Part shown: positions 11,382-21,608 of the stretch, piece after piece
Position numbering within the stretch: the first letter of the stretch is position 1
Layout: the number at the start of each line of letters is the position of its first letter
Assembly (NCBI GenBank): GCA_050506795.1
Contig: JBJHCF010000034.1
Span: 1-57,670, forward strand
DNA length: 57,670 nt
Reading direction: 5' to 3'
DNA from: Opitutia bacterium
GTDB lineage: Bacteria; Verrucomicrobiota; Verrucomicrobiia; Opitutales; T3Sed10-336
The notes under the pieces: model-generated
The model's input: only the letters and a program-made list of their open reading frames with translations
Database searches by the model: none
Told to the model about the DNA's origin: nothing
Translations under genes and position numbers: made by a program

Positions 11382-12917
11382 ATGAACCGATTCTCCGCAG
11401 GTGAACTGTTGCGAAATAACCCTCTTGCCTCCGCCGCAAGCGTCCTGCTGGCCGGGGGGATGCTTGCCACACCGCTGCTCGCACAACCGGGCCACGAGCA
11501 TGGCCATCATCACGACCACACCCACCTGCTGGTGGACTACTCGTTTCGTGAAGGCGCCAACGCCTACCCACCGCCCGAACACGCCGGCGACGGTTACTAC
11601 TGGTGGAAAGGCAATCTGCACACCCACACTCTCTGGAGCGATGGCGATCAGTTTCCCGAGGTCGTCACGCAGTGGTACGTCGAGCACGGCTATCACTTCC
11701 TCGCCCTCTCGGACCACAACGTGCTCTCCCGCGGCGAAAAATGGATCAACCCCGACCACAATCCCTTCATCGCCAGTCACAATCGCTGGGATGCGGTCGA
11801 CCTCTACCGCGAACGCTTCGGCGACGACTGGGTCGAAATCCGCGAGGTCGACGAGGCTTTTCGCGACCAGTTGCAGCGGCACTTTTCCCCCAGCGGGGGC
11901 CATGCCGCCCGCCGTCCGCCGGATAACCAGATCGAACTCGGGGACAAGCTCGTGCGCCTCAAGCCCCTCAACGAGGTTCGTTCGCTCTTCGAGGTTGCAG
12001 GACGATTCATCCTGGTCGAGGCGGAAGAACTCACGCAGGGCTCGCACGTCGTCCACGTCAACGCGACCAACATCGCCCGGCAACTCCAACCGGAGACCGG
12101 CGAGACGGTCGAGGAAACCATTCGCCTCATTGTCGACGCTGTCCACCGGCAGAGCCGTGAAACCGGCCAACCCATGCTACCGCACCTCAATCACCCCAAC
12201 TTTCAGTGGGCCGTGACCGCGGAGGACATGGCTCCCGTAGAAAGCCTCAACTTCTTTGAGGTGTACAACGGCCACCGCGGTGTGCGCAATTTCGGCGATG
12301 GCCTCCATGTCGACCTTGAACGTATGTGGGACATCGTCCTTACCAGGCGCCTTGCCGAGTTGGACTTGGGCATTATGTACGGCCTCGCTGTCGATGACGC
12401 TCACAACTACGAGAACACTCTCAGCGACGTCGCCTTGCCCGGCCGCGGTTGGGTGATGGTCCGCTCGCGTTTCCTCACGCCCGAGCACCTGATCGCCGCC
12501 CTCCGCAGGGGTGATTTCTACTCCACCACAGGGGTCAAGCTCGCCGAAATCGATGGCAACCCCGCCCACCTCCGCGTCCGCGTCGACACGTCCGACGATG
12601 ACGAGGACGTCATCTACACCATCCAGTTCGTCGGCACTCGCGAGGGTTACGACCCCTCACGCGAGTACCACGTGAACGAAGACGGCGAACCGCTGACGCG
12701 TGTCACCAAACGCTATTCCGATGACATCGGACAGGTGTTGCGCGAGGTCGAGGCGAGTGCCGCAACCTACACGTTCGAGGGCGAAGAGATCTACGTCCGT
12801 GCCCGGGTCATTTCATCACAGCCGCATCTGAACCCGTTTGCTGAGGGCGAGCGTATGAAGGCGTGGGTTCAGCCCGTCATTCCCGGTCACGGGATGCTCG
12901 AAGCACCCAAACATTGA
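11382..12917 (+). CDS. Exported PHP-fold metallohydrolase/phosphoesterase
   Basis: KGNLHTHTLWSDG, LSDHN, LNHPN, EVYNGH, DDAH. Signal peptide followed by HEHGHHHDHTH. Start 11382 preferred over 11250. Confidence 0.8.
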   Translation: MNRFSAGELLRNNPLASAASVLLAGGMLATPLLAQPGHEHGHHHDHTHLLVDYSFREGANAYPPPEHAGDGYYWWKGNLHTHTLWSDGDQFPEVVTQWYVEHGYHFLALSDHNVLSRGEKWINPDHNPFIASHNRWDAVDLYRERFGDDWVEIREVDEAFRDQLQRHFSPSGGHAARRPPDNQIELGDKLVRLKPLNEVRSLFEVAGRFILVEAEELTQGSHVVHVNATNIARQLQPETGETVEETIRLIVDAVHRQSRETGQPMLPHLNHPNFQWAVTAEDMAPVESLNFFEVYNGHRGVRNFGDGLHVDLERMWDIVLTRRLAELDLGIMYGLAVDDAHNYENTLSDVALPGRGWVMVRSRFLTPEHLIAALRRGDFYSTTGVKLAEIDGNPAHLRVRVDTSDDDEDVIYTIQFVGTREGYDPSREYHVNEDGEPLTRVTKRYSDDIGQVLREVEASAATYTFEGEEIYVRARVISSQPHLNPFAEGERMKAWVQPVIPGHGMLEAPKH

Positions 12918-12926
12918 GTAACACAC

Positions 12927-14861
12927 ATGACTAAAAAAATGATGCCCATACCATTAAGGGACGTGAGACTGGTTGACCGCTTCTGGAGCGAGCGTCAGTC
13001 GATCGTTCGGAACTCGGTGATCCCATACCAATGGGAGGCCCTCAACGACCGGGTACCCGGTGTCGAGCCGAGCCACACGATCGAGAATCTCCGGATCGCA
13101 GCGGGAGAGTCCCAGGGGGAGTACCATGGAATGGTGTTCCAGGACAGTGACCTCGCTAAATGGCTCGAGGCAGTCGGCTATGCGCTCGCTCTGGAGCACG
13201 ACGAGAAACTGGAAACGATGGCCGATGAAGTCATCGACCTGGTGCGCCGGGCACAGGGAGAAGACGGGTACCTCAACACGTACTTTACCGTGGCAAAGCC
13301 GGGACGACGTTGGACGAATCTCCGGGACGATCACGAATTGTACTGCGCAGGGCACCTGATCGAGGCGGCGGTGGCGTATTATGAGGCGACCGGGAAACGC
13401 GCCCTTCTCGACGTGGTTTGCCGGCTGGTGGATCACATCGCAACCGTCCTCGGTACCGACGCCGGGCGCAAACGCGGCTATCCCGGGCACCCGGAAATAG
13501 AACTCGCGCTGATGCGCCTTTACGGTATCACGAATGACCGGAAACACCTGGAACTGTGTCGGTACTTTATCGACGAGCGCGGACGCCAGCCGAATTTCTT
13601 CGAGCAGGAGGCGAAGGAGCGGGGCGATACCAGCCCGGTGTCAATGGACTATTTCCAGGCGCATGCGCCCGTCCGGGAGCAAGCCGATATCCGCGGCCAC
13701 GCGGTACGCGCCGTCTATCTTTACAGCGGCGCGGCGGACCTCGCGGCGGAGACCGGCGACACCGAGTTGCTCGATGCTTGCCGGAGGCTTTGGAAGAACA
13801 CGATACAGAAGCGGATGTACGTGACCGGGGGTATCGGCTCGTCCCACCACCTTGAATCCTTCACGATCGATTATGACCTCCCGAACGATCGCGCGTATGC
13901 TGAAACTTGCGCCGCGATCGGGCTGGTTTTCTGGGCGCACCGTATGCTGCAGATCGATGGCGACAGTCAGTACGCCGACGTGATGGAGCGCGCGATCTAC
14001 AACGGCATCCTCTCCGGTATTTCACTCGACGGCACGAAGTACTTTTACGTGAATCCGCTGGAGGTCTGGCCGGAGGCGGCGGAGCACCGCGATGACCTGA
14101 AAAGTGTCAAGACCACCCGCCAGGGGTGGTTCGGGTGCGCCTGCTGCCCGCCCAACATCGCGCGATTCCTGCAGTCTTTCGGGCAGTACCTGTATTCGGT
14201 GAATGAAGACAAAAAAAAGGTTTACGTTCACCTTTTCGCAGGGAGCGAGGCCGTTGTCGATATCGGGGGACAAAGCGTCCGCCTCGTGCAGAAAACGGAT
14301 TACCCGTGGGATGAAAGCGTTCGGATTAGCGTGCATCCCGAGAATGGCGCCGCGGAGCTAACGCTCTGTCTGCGGCTGCCCGGATGGTGCCGCAACCCCG
14401 ACTTGAAGGTGAATGGCCAAGGAATCGCGCTCGACGGGATCACGGAGAATCGCTACGTGAAGATCGCTCGCACCTGGCAGGACGGGGATTCGGTCAAGCT
14501 GGTCCTCCCGATGGAAGTCGAATTCGTTCGCGCTCACCCTGCCGTACGGGAAAACGCCGGACGGGTCGCCCTTCAGCGCGGGCCGTTGGTGTATTGTCTC
14601 GAAGAAGCCGACAACGGTACCAACCTGTCGGAGATCCGGGTGGCACAGGACAGCGTTTTTTCGGCGACGTTCGACCCGGACCTGCTCGGGGGCGTCACGG
14701 TGCTTGCCGGATCGGCCGAAAGGGTCAGCGCGCCGAGGGAGAATCTTTATACTACGGAGGCGTTACAACAGACGCCCGTGGAGATCAAAGCGGTTCCCTA
14801 TTTCGCATGGTGCAACCGGAAACCCGGTGAAATGACCGTATGGTTACGTGAATCTTCATAG
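12927..14861 (+). CDS. GH127 beta-L-arabinofuranosidase-family protein
   Basis: FQDSDLAKWLEA, HELYCAGH, GHPEIELAL, GHAVRAVY, YAETCA, CACCPPN. No signal peptide. Confidence 0.93.
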   Translation: MTKKMMPIPLRDVRLVDRFWSERQSIVRNSVIPYQWEALNDRVPGVEPSHTIENLRIAAGESQGEYHGMVFQDSDLAKWLEAVGYALALEHDEKLETMADEVIDLVRRAQGEDGYLNTYFTVAKPGRRWTNLRDDHELYCAGHLIEAAVAYYEATGKRALLDVVCRLVDHIATVLGTDAGRKRGYPGHPEIELALMRLYGITNDRKHLELCRYFIDERGRQPNFFEQEAKERGDTSPVSMDYFQAHAPVREQADIRGHAVRAVYLYSGAADLAAETGDTELLDACRRLWKNTIQKRMYVTGGIGSSHHLESFTIDYDLPNDRAYAETCAAIGLVFWAHRMLQIDGDSQYADVMERAIYNGILSGISLDGTKYFYVNPLEVWPEAAEHRDDLKSVKTTRQGWFGCACCPPNIARFLQSFGQYLYSVNEDKKKVYVHLFAGSEAVVDIGGQSVRLVQKTDYPWDESVRISVHPENGAAELTLCLRLPGWCRNPDLKVNGQGIALDGITENRYVKIARTWQDGDSVKLVLPMEVEFVRAHPAVRENAGRVALQRGPLVYCLEEADNGTNLSEIRVAQDSVFSATFDPDLLGGVTVLAGSAERVSAPRENLYTTEALQQTPVEIKAVPYFAWCNRKPGEMTVWLRESS

Positions 14862-14889
14862 CGGCCTGTCGCGGCAGCCTGGCAGCTGC

Positions 14890-17800
14890 TTATTCAGGTG
14901 CCAACGGAGATTCACCCACCTCTGTATCGATAGAGTAGCCCATGGGCCACCAGCGAAGCAGACCAACGCCGAGTTCGGTAGGGCCGGCGCCAGGACTCAA
15001 GTAAAGGGCCACACCATGGACATACAAAGGTTCAAATGTAATCTCGTTAAACTGATGCAGGGTGTTGGCTGTGCCCATGCCTTGCAGATTGCGTGGTGTC
15101 ACCCAGTTCTCGTTTAACCAAACGGAGTTCGCCGCACTTGTGGGTCTGCCGGCTGTGCCTCGTGGAAGGGGAGGGTCGGTAAGGACCTGCAAGTCATCAA
15201 AAAATGGCCTAAAGCTACCAGCCGCGTTCTGCATGACGTACACGTCAGTGCGGTCAACCAGCCTTGGCGTGTCCCAAGTAATCTCTATTCGTTCGGGACT
15301 GGTTTCCCGGCCCCAGTTATGCCACGCACCCATGGTTTCAGCAGGACTGTAATTCGCCGAATTGGACGGGGTGTTTGTGCGCTGTACGACAGTCATGCCC
15401 CCCAGGTCTCCCGGATTGTTCCAGGTGGCAAAGATGTTTCCGTCAGGAGCTTCGTTAGCCCGCGCTTCAATGTCGGCCACTACAAACACCGATATTTCGA
15501 CGTCAACCGTCATGCCTTCGCCGCCTTCAACTGTGCCAAAAAGCTCAACTTCCGCGCCCGGATCCATGAAGCGTGATTCATCCAGGGGTTCCCATACTAT
15601 AGGCAATTCCTGAACCTCGCCTCCTGCCAGGAATGAAATCGTTCGCGGCAAGTCAGTCGGGATGCTTCCGGCTTGAGATACAATGTTGTACGCCTTAATG
15701 TTAAAATCGTCATGTGCGGAGATCGTTAGGTCCCGCCTCGTGACTCGCCCGGAGTCACTTACGCTCAGTTGCACCGTATATTCGCCGCCGCTCTGGATTG
15801 AGAGCATAGCGTTGGAACGGTAAAAATAACCAGCCCCTAGACCCCTGGATATCACTTCCACTCCGTCGTCTGACGTTATTATTGTTGCGCCGTGTCCGCC
15901 GTCGGGCCAATCAATGAGCTCCCATTGGAATGTTAGCGGACGGGTACCGGAACTGTCGAATGCAACCGCATCAGCCCGAAGACTTATAGTGTTGGCGCTT
16001 TGATCATAACCCGTTTCAATAAGCTCAGGCGCCGCCGCCAACGGGTCTTCGACTGCGGTGAACGTGATCTCTTCGGAAACCGTAAAACCTCCGGTTGTTA
16101 CCGTAGCCTGGACCGTGTATTCACCCGTGGCTAATGGAGTCGCAACAGCACGTCTAAGTTCACTTGTATCCACATGCGTCCACACAGAATTTCTACGGCC
16201 ACTTGTGGTGTAATCCCCTCCCAGGATTGGAGTCTCGCTGTAAAAGGTTATCGTGTCCGGTTCAGGCGCATTAACGACTGTCCAATTGACTGAACTTATC
16301 TCAGAACTGCCATCACCGACAACCTCGACAAGAAGGGGAAGTTTGTTTCCAACAACGGGATCCGCGACCTGTAACACGATGTTAAGGCTTGGTTCAATTG
16401 CTGTTCCATCGGCTGCTCTTGCGAAGGTGACGGTAAAGTTATCGCCATTTGGTATCTTAACGAAGGCGGTTGCTTCGAGAGCGCGTGGGCCAATGCCTGT
16501 AGCGCCTTCGTTTCTATCTGTAGCATGGACGTAAAACTGACCTGCCGGCGCATCGTTAAGGGTGATATTGTAGAAGCCGGGCGTCAGACCATAGGCGTCA
16601 ATCTGTGCCACATGTGCGCCTTGGGTAAGATTGTTCAGGTCAAGCTCAAGCCTGGATTTATCCTTGATGAAACGCGCCTCCGTTATGCGGTTGTTTCTGG
16701 AGTAAATATATACCCTGTCTTCCAGGAAGTTGAGCCGTCTGCCAAAACCATCGGCGGGGCGCACGCTGATACTGTTGCCGTCGGCTGCTGTCACGGTCCC
16801 ACCATAAGCAAAGAAACCGAAGACCGGGTCATTCACAACATCGGTGCTGATCGACAGCAAGGAGCCATAGATGGCCAGAGGGGCCTCCATTCCCATGTCA
16901 TGCCAACCGTTGTGCATGGTGGGAGAAGGGGCAATCTGTACCGCCTGCGCTCCGAAAGTCCCTTTGCGCATCGAATAGGTGACGCTTGCGGCGCCGATAT
17001 GGTCCTCACTGATCTGTCCCATGTTGACATGGTTAAAGTTACCTATCTTTGCCGCATAATTTACCCGGTTGGCCCATGACAGGCTGCGTTGATCCCAATT
17101 GTGGAGGTCATAACGGAACCTGAGCCAGTCATCCATGATAAATCCGGCGAGCGAGGTGGTGTACTGGAAGTTCCACCAACTTTCGCCGCCGCGGAACACA
17201 GGGACGCCGTATTGAAACCAGGTCGGCTGCCAACCGCGTTTGGCTCGTGTCGCCAGGTTGAAGATCTGCATGAGCCGCAGCACCCTGTCTTCTCCGCCTT
17301 GGATAATACTGGAATGGTCTGGGGAGTGGCGCTGTATCGAAAGGGCTCTGGCGTAGATTCCTTCCTCGGTAGTGTTATCGTATTCAAATTCGGAGCCGAA
17401 TGGCCAGTGTAGACTGAGGGCACCCGGAGCCCGTATTTGAGTATAAAGGTATCTTAATGAGTCACGTCTTTCGTGACGACCCTCATGGTGGAGGGCTTGG
17501 ATGATTTCTTCGATCTGCTGTTCGCCGTAAAAGGCGACGCCGGAACTTGCGCCCCATCCTCCGCGGAGCCCGTTATCCCAAATACCCGCCGCGATATCAA
17601 GATAGAAGAGGGCGTCTTTCCGGTACTCCATAAAATCCGGAAACGCCCGCATGGTTCGGTACATATTGAAGAATGTATTGGCAACTATGGCGGCACTGAA
17701 GAAGCGATCTCCTGTTGTGCTTGAGCTTCCGGCAATTGGAGACTCATGCAGGAAGTTGGGAACAAGCAGGGTATCATGCCGGTTCCCCATATAACGGTGC

Positions 17801-20121
17801 CACATGAAATCGATAAGGTAGGTCTCCAATGACCGGATATTCTCATATCCTGGGTTCATATAGTTCGCCAAAGCCATAAATTGCGCATGCCCATGACTCC
17901 AGTCGTCCCCCCACCGCGTTGCGCCCGGCGCTCCGGGCGGAGGGGTGAAGATATCACTTGTGGAAAACCCGGTGATCCTTGACGGCCCGGTTCCGATATG
18001 CCAGTCAAAGTAGATGCCGTAAAGTGGATGTAGTGAAGGGTCTCCGGAGAATTGGAATCTATTGCTTGCACTAAATTGCTGTTGGGTCCTAAGAAAGTCG
18101 GCGTGCGCCATGGTTAATTCATCAAGTTCTGTTAATACGTTGAACTCAACCTGGGTAAACGCCGGACGTATCACTTCGCTTCCATTGATGAGGTCGTAGT
18201 ATACACGAACGCTGTTATGTCCGATGCTGTCGAATGTTAGTTCGTAGACAGAGACCCACTCGCCATCATGATAGCCGGACAAGTCTTCTCGAAGTGTGGC
18301 GCTGCGAGTATAGTTCGGGTTTCCGTCCGGCAGCCCACGACCGCCCCTTGTGTTTGTTACGCGGCTGCGGTTTCTGCCAGCCTGGCTTCCCCATGCCGGT
18401 ATGTGTTGATCGCTAAACACATCATTTTCATGGATAGAATAGATCCTTACATCACTAATGTCCACCTGACTGCGATCGTGTCTAAGTGCGATAAGTGTCT
18501 GCATATTAATCGCAGGTTGGAAGCTCGGTACGGCGACTGCATCAATCATACCCATATCATGGATAATCGAGCGCATATTTATTTCCCGCTCCATCATGTG
18601 GTTGGGTTCGAGGTTCTGGGTGTCGATGCGATTATTGCGGCCGCCTCTAGCGGTTTCCGGCTCACCGTCACCGCCGCGGACCGCATGGAACTTAAACTGA
18701 TAGGTTTGACTCTCACCCGGTCCAAGGACCAGGGACGTGAAGAGCGGTGTATAATCAGGTCCGCTCGGATTACCGCCTCCGCTGAATCCTGAGTCGGGCG
18801 TTACTGGATTATACCTGGCGGGAAAATGGTTGGTGTTTGTAAAGTAAGTCGGACCGTTGTTAGTATCGTGGAAGTAGCTCGAACCGGAGATGTTGCGAAT
18901 ATTGGAAGAGTGGATGTAGGCCACGGTAAGGCCGGGCAGGTTGTAGTTGTTCGTATTGCCCGCGGTTCCCGTGCCTCGGTCGTTCCCCCAGATTCCGAAG
19001 CCTGACCGGTGGACGTGGGATACACCCCAGTTGTCACGGGTCCAGTGATCCACATACTCGATCCTCGCACCGGACTGCGGGACCGGGGTAAAGATAACGA
19101 AGTTGTCGCCCCTGGCCGGCACGACTTTCAAGTATCCGCTGTCCGCGCCTTGATAGCTATGGCTTGTCACCGCATTGTCGTAAACATGTTCAGCATTATT
19201 GCGGGGAACTCCGGATGTGTTTTGGCGCGAATAGCGGACGTTCCACAACATGGGGAGGCCAATGTCACCAAACTCAATGTACTCGTTCTCCGTGGGGTTG
19301 GTAATTGTAATGCTCCAGAGGATGGAGTTATCGTCTGTGTCGGCATCAAATAGGGAGGTCACCTGAAAGTTTGTGATGATACGCTCTCGGCGTTGAGCTG
19401 TCAGGCCGGCTGTTTCGAGATCGGAGTTCAGGTTTCCATCGGAGGGATTCGATTCATTGCCTGTCGGCATATCGTTGGGATCGGGATTGATCTGAACCGT
19501 AATCCTGTTTTTATCCGTGTAGTCCCTGTTGAAAAACGCATTCAGGTTGGGATCGGTGTCCGGGTTGTTATTTGTAACCCGACCGCCCGCTTGCAAAGTA
19601 CGGTTAGTGTCAACTTCTATGAAGGGGCCCGCTTCAGCCAGGCTCTCCCGTGTGGAAGCTGTACGGATTGAGAATATCATCTCACCAATCCACTGATGGT
19701 CTGGATGTTCTGTAAAAGCTGTTGACCAGTTATGCTGGCCTGCGACAAAATTCATCTCCCGGTTTGAAGTTATATCTTGAGGTCTACTGAGGTCGCTGTC
19801 GATGATGTTCAGGCGGTTGACCTGACCCAAGCGTCCAATATCCATCCGGAGACTGCTGTTTTGGATCCTGATATCACCCGGCTGTACCGAAACATGCTCC
19901 AACGGCCAGGTCTCGGGAACTTCGACTTCCCGTCCTTCCACTTCTGTGCCTGCTTCGTTCTCTGTGGATACCTTATTGTTGTCTAACAGCGCGGTAGCAA
20001 TGTCTGGAGACTCAACGACAGGCGCTGAATAGGCCATAATCGGAAAGTATGACACCGTCAGAACCGCAGAGATGACGAAAGGCATTAGTTTCGATAAAGA
20101 GCTGATTTTATGTCTTCTCAC
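14890..20121 (-). CDS. Very large exported DUF5695-like putative glycosidase with C-terminal PKD/Ig-like and discoidin-like domains
   Basis: EFGDIGLPM, PFGSEFEYDNTTEEG, VRPADGFGRR. GTG 20121 follows AAGGAAG and gives a signal peptide (MRRHKISS..MAYSA). ORF open to 20505. Confidence 0.65.
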   Translation of the reverse strand: MRRHKISSLSKLMPFVISAVLTVSYFPIMAYSAPVVESPDIATALLDNNKVSTENEAGTEVEGREVEVPETWPLEHVSVQPGDIRIQNSSLRMDIGRLGQVNRLNIIDSDLSRPQDITSNREMNFVAGQHNWSTAFTEHPDHQWIGEMIFSIRTASTRESLAEAGPFIEVDTNRTLQAGGRVTNNNPDTDPNLNAFFNRDYTDKNRITVQINPDPNDMPTGNESNPSDGNLNSDLETAGLTAQRRERIITNFQVTSLFDADTDDNSILWSITITNPTENEYIEFGDIGLPMLWNVRYSRQNTSGVPRNNAEHVYDNAVTSHSYQGADSGYLKVVPARGDNFVIFTPVPQSGARIEYVDHWTRDNWGVSHVHRSGFGIWGNDRGTGTAGNTNNYNLPGLTVAYIHSSNIRNISGSSYFHDTNNGPTYFTNTNHFPARYNPVTPDSGFSGGGNPSGPDYTPLFTSLVLGPGESQTYQFKFHAVRGGDGEPETARGGRNNRIDTQNLEPNHMMEREINMRSIIHDMGMIDAVAVPSFQPAINMQTLIALRHDRSQVDISDVRIYSIHENDVFSDQHIPAWGSQAGRNRSRVTNTRGGRGLPDGNPNYTRSATLREDLSGYHDGEWVSVYELTFDSIGHNSVRVYYDLINGSEVIRPAFTQVEFNVLTELDELTMAHADFLRTQQQFSASNRFQFSGDPSLHPLYGIYFDWHIGTGPSRITGFSTSDIFTPPPGAPGATRWGDDWSHGHAQFMALANYMNPGYENIRSLETYLIDFMWHRYMGNRHDTLLVPNFLHESPIAGSSSTTGDRFFSAAIVANTFFNMYRTMRAFPDFMEYRKDALFYLDIAAGIWDNGLRGGWGASSGVAFYGEQQIEEIIQALHHEGRHERRDSLRYLYTQIRAPGALSLHWPFGSEFEYDNTTEEGIYARALSIQRHSPDHSSIIQGGEDRVLRLMQIFNLATRAKRGWQPTWFQYGVPVFRGGESWWNFQYTTSLAGFIMDDWLRFRYDLHNWDQRSLSWANRVNYAAKIGNFNHVNMGQISEDHIGAASVTYSMRKGTFGAQAVQIAPSPTMHNGWHDMGMEAPLAIYGSLLSISTDVVNDPVFGFFAYGGTVTAADGNSISVRPADGFGRRLNFLEDRVYIYSRNNRITEARFIKDKSRLELDLNNLTQGAHVAQIDAYGLTPGFYNITLNDAPAGQFYVHATDRNEGATGIGPRALEATAFVKIPNGDNFTVTFARAADGTAIEPSLNIVLQVADPVVGNKLPLLVEVVGDGSSEISSVNWTVVNAPEPDTITFYSETPILGGDYTTSGRRNSVWTHVDTSELRRAVATPLATGEYTVQATVTTGGFTVSEEITFTAVEDPLAAAPELIETGYDQSANTISLRADAVAFDSSGTRPLTFQWELIDWPDGGHGATIITSDDGVEVISRGLGAGYFYRSNAMLSIQSGGEYTVQLSVSDSGRVTRRDLTISAHDDFNIKAYNIVSQAGSIPTDLPRTISFLAGGEVQELPIVWEPLDESRFMDPGAEVELFGTVEGGEGMTVDVEISVFVVADIEARANEAPDGNIFATWNNPGDLGGMTVVQRTNTPSNSANYSPAETMGAWHNWGRETSPERIEITWDTPRLVDRTDVYVMQNAAGSFRPFFDDLQVLTDPPLPRGTAGRPTSAANSVWLNENWVTPRNLQGMGTANTLHQFNEITFEPLYVHGVALYLSPGAGPTELGVGLLRWWPMGYSIDTEVGESPLAPE

Positions 20122-20670
20122 AGGATTCTCTTCCTTGATTTCGTTACTTGATTCGTATGGGATGAATTGTTTGAACATCCATCCCGTCTCGTTCGACGCG
20201 AACAGCTGTTGGGTGGGTCGCCGATCGGTTTGAAAAAATTTTTCTTGGGCGGCACGGCGACCCGCCTTCTGGAACCGGTCCAAAGGAACGCTTTTCATGG
20301 AAAGGAGATTGGTGGAATCGGACCGGAATGGCAAGCCCTGCGACAGTCCGCTTTCGACAGGCCTGATACCTGATTGAGATGCTGCAATTTGGTGCTCGCG
20401 AGATATTTCCAATCCCGGGGATACTCGGTTCAGCGTCTTGGTTCCAGGGATTCGTTCGGTGATTCGTAACAGGGGTAAGGAAATTCCCAGGTTCGTTGAC
20501 ACCAATAGATTGAGACCTTGAAAGCATTCATTTAGATTTCTCGGAATAAATGTCCCGCCTATTCCCTTCGGTCGCTCAAGTCGAGGAGACGCAAAGATTC
20601 TAAGCCGAATGGCTCTCTGTTAAGTGGGTGAATCGAAGAATCTTAGCCTAATCACATCAGCCGTTCCTTT

Positions 20671-20725
20671 GGAGGGCCATGCTCCCGCATGGCCGGCGAC
20701 CTGGGAGCACGGCCATCCTGACCGC
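20671..20725 (+). repeat. GGAG-type REP-like palindromes
   Basis: GGAG-GGCCATG-CTCCCG-CATGGCC (perfect 7-bp stem), then a degenerate GGAG-CACGGCCATCCTGACCGC. Confidence 0.45.
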
Positions 20726-20908
20726 ACCGGCTGCGAGGGAGCCCCATCCGATCGGGAAGCAGAGGCGGGATTTTGATCCCGATTTGGATTTTCAAACGAT
20801 AAGCTGCTTAACCGAGTGCCATTCACTCTAGGCCGGATGGAAATCATCAATTCGCCATGAGAATTCGATGGTGCAAAATCCTGTGACGAGTTAACAATAT
20901 ATGAACAA

Positions 20909-21379
20909 ATGAGAAGAAAGCGTAAACCTGTGATCTGGACCGCCGCCGAGTTCGAGGTCCGGCCGTCCACAATACCCGGTGCGAACCTGGGTCTCTTTGC
21001 GCGGACTCGTATTCGGGCTGGCGACACGATCGGTTATTATACCGGAGAGATTATTACCGAGGAGGAATATGAAAACGGACAGTTTTCAGATTCGCGGTAC
21101 ATTCTTTGGGTATCGAGGACCCATATTATCGTGGGGAAGGGGGCGAAGGCGAATTATACCCGGTACTTGAATCACAGCTCACGGCCGAATGCGGAGCTGG
21201 TGGTTTCCACGCGCTGGAAGACCGCTCGGTTCAAGGCGATTCGCACTATCCGGCCTGGGGAAGAGATCTTTTTCGATTACGGCGAGTATTATTGGAGTTC
21301 CCTCGAGATAACTCCGACAGAACCCCCGGGCCGTTCCATTCCCCCGCGAAGGCGGAGAAAAACGCGGCAGATGGCGTAG
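20909..21379 (+). CDS. SET-domain protein (putative protein-lysine methyltransferase)
   Basis: NLGLFA, YTGE, RYLNHSSRPN, GEEIFFDYG. No post-SET Cys cluster. Confidence 0.9.
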   Translation: MRRKRKPVIWTAAEFEVRPSTIPGANLGLFARTRIRAGDTIGYYTGEIITEEEYENGQFSDSRYILWVSRTHIIVGKGAKANYTRYLNHSSRPNAELVVSTRWKTARFKAIRTIRPGEEIFFDYGEYYWSSLEITPTEPPGRSIPPRRRRKTRQMA

Positions 21380-21417
21380 ATCAAAACCTGGTAGGCCCCG
21401 AAAGCTGTTGCAAGCAG

Positions 21418-21469
21418 CCGGGAACCGGCGGGTCCGGGCGAGGTTTCCCGCGGCCTTCCCGGTTTTTTT
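21418..21469 (+). terminator. Possible intrinsic terminator after the SET gene
   Basis: CCGGGAA...TTCCCGG stem with inner GCGGG/CCCGC, followed by T7. Confidence 0.4.
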
Positions 21470-21608
21470 CGAAATCCGCCGAAGGATGAAGGCGGGAGGA
21501 TTTTAAGACGGGAAAGATGGAGTGGGTGCTCGCCTTGCGTTCAGTGCACCTTTGGTCACACTTTTGGGTTCGAGACCAACAAAATTTCCGACCTGTTCAT
21601 CTTTTCCA

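Noticed and set aside
20122..20505. N-terminal 128 codons of the 1871-aa ORF
   Set aside because: They precede an RBS-like sequence, a GTG and a signal peptide, so they are more likely promoter/UTR.
20588..20596. c-di-GMP-I riboswitch (GACGCAAAG)
   Set aside because: The upstream GGCAAA/GNRA stem and the second hairpin are not present.
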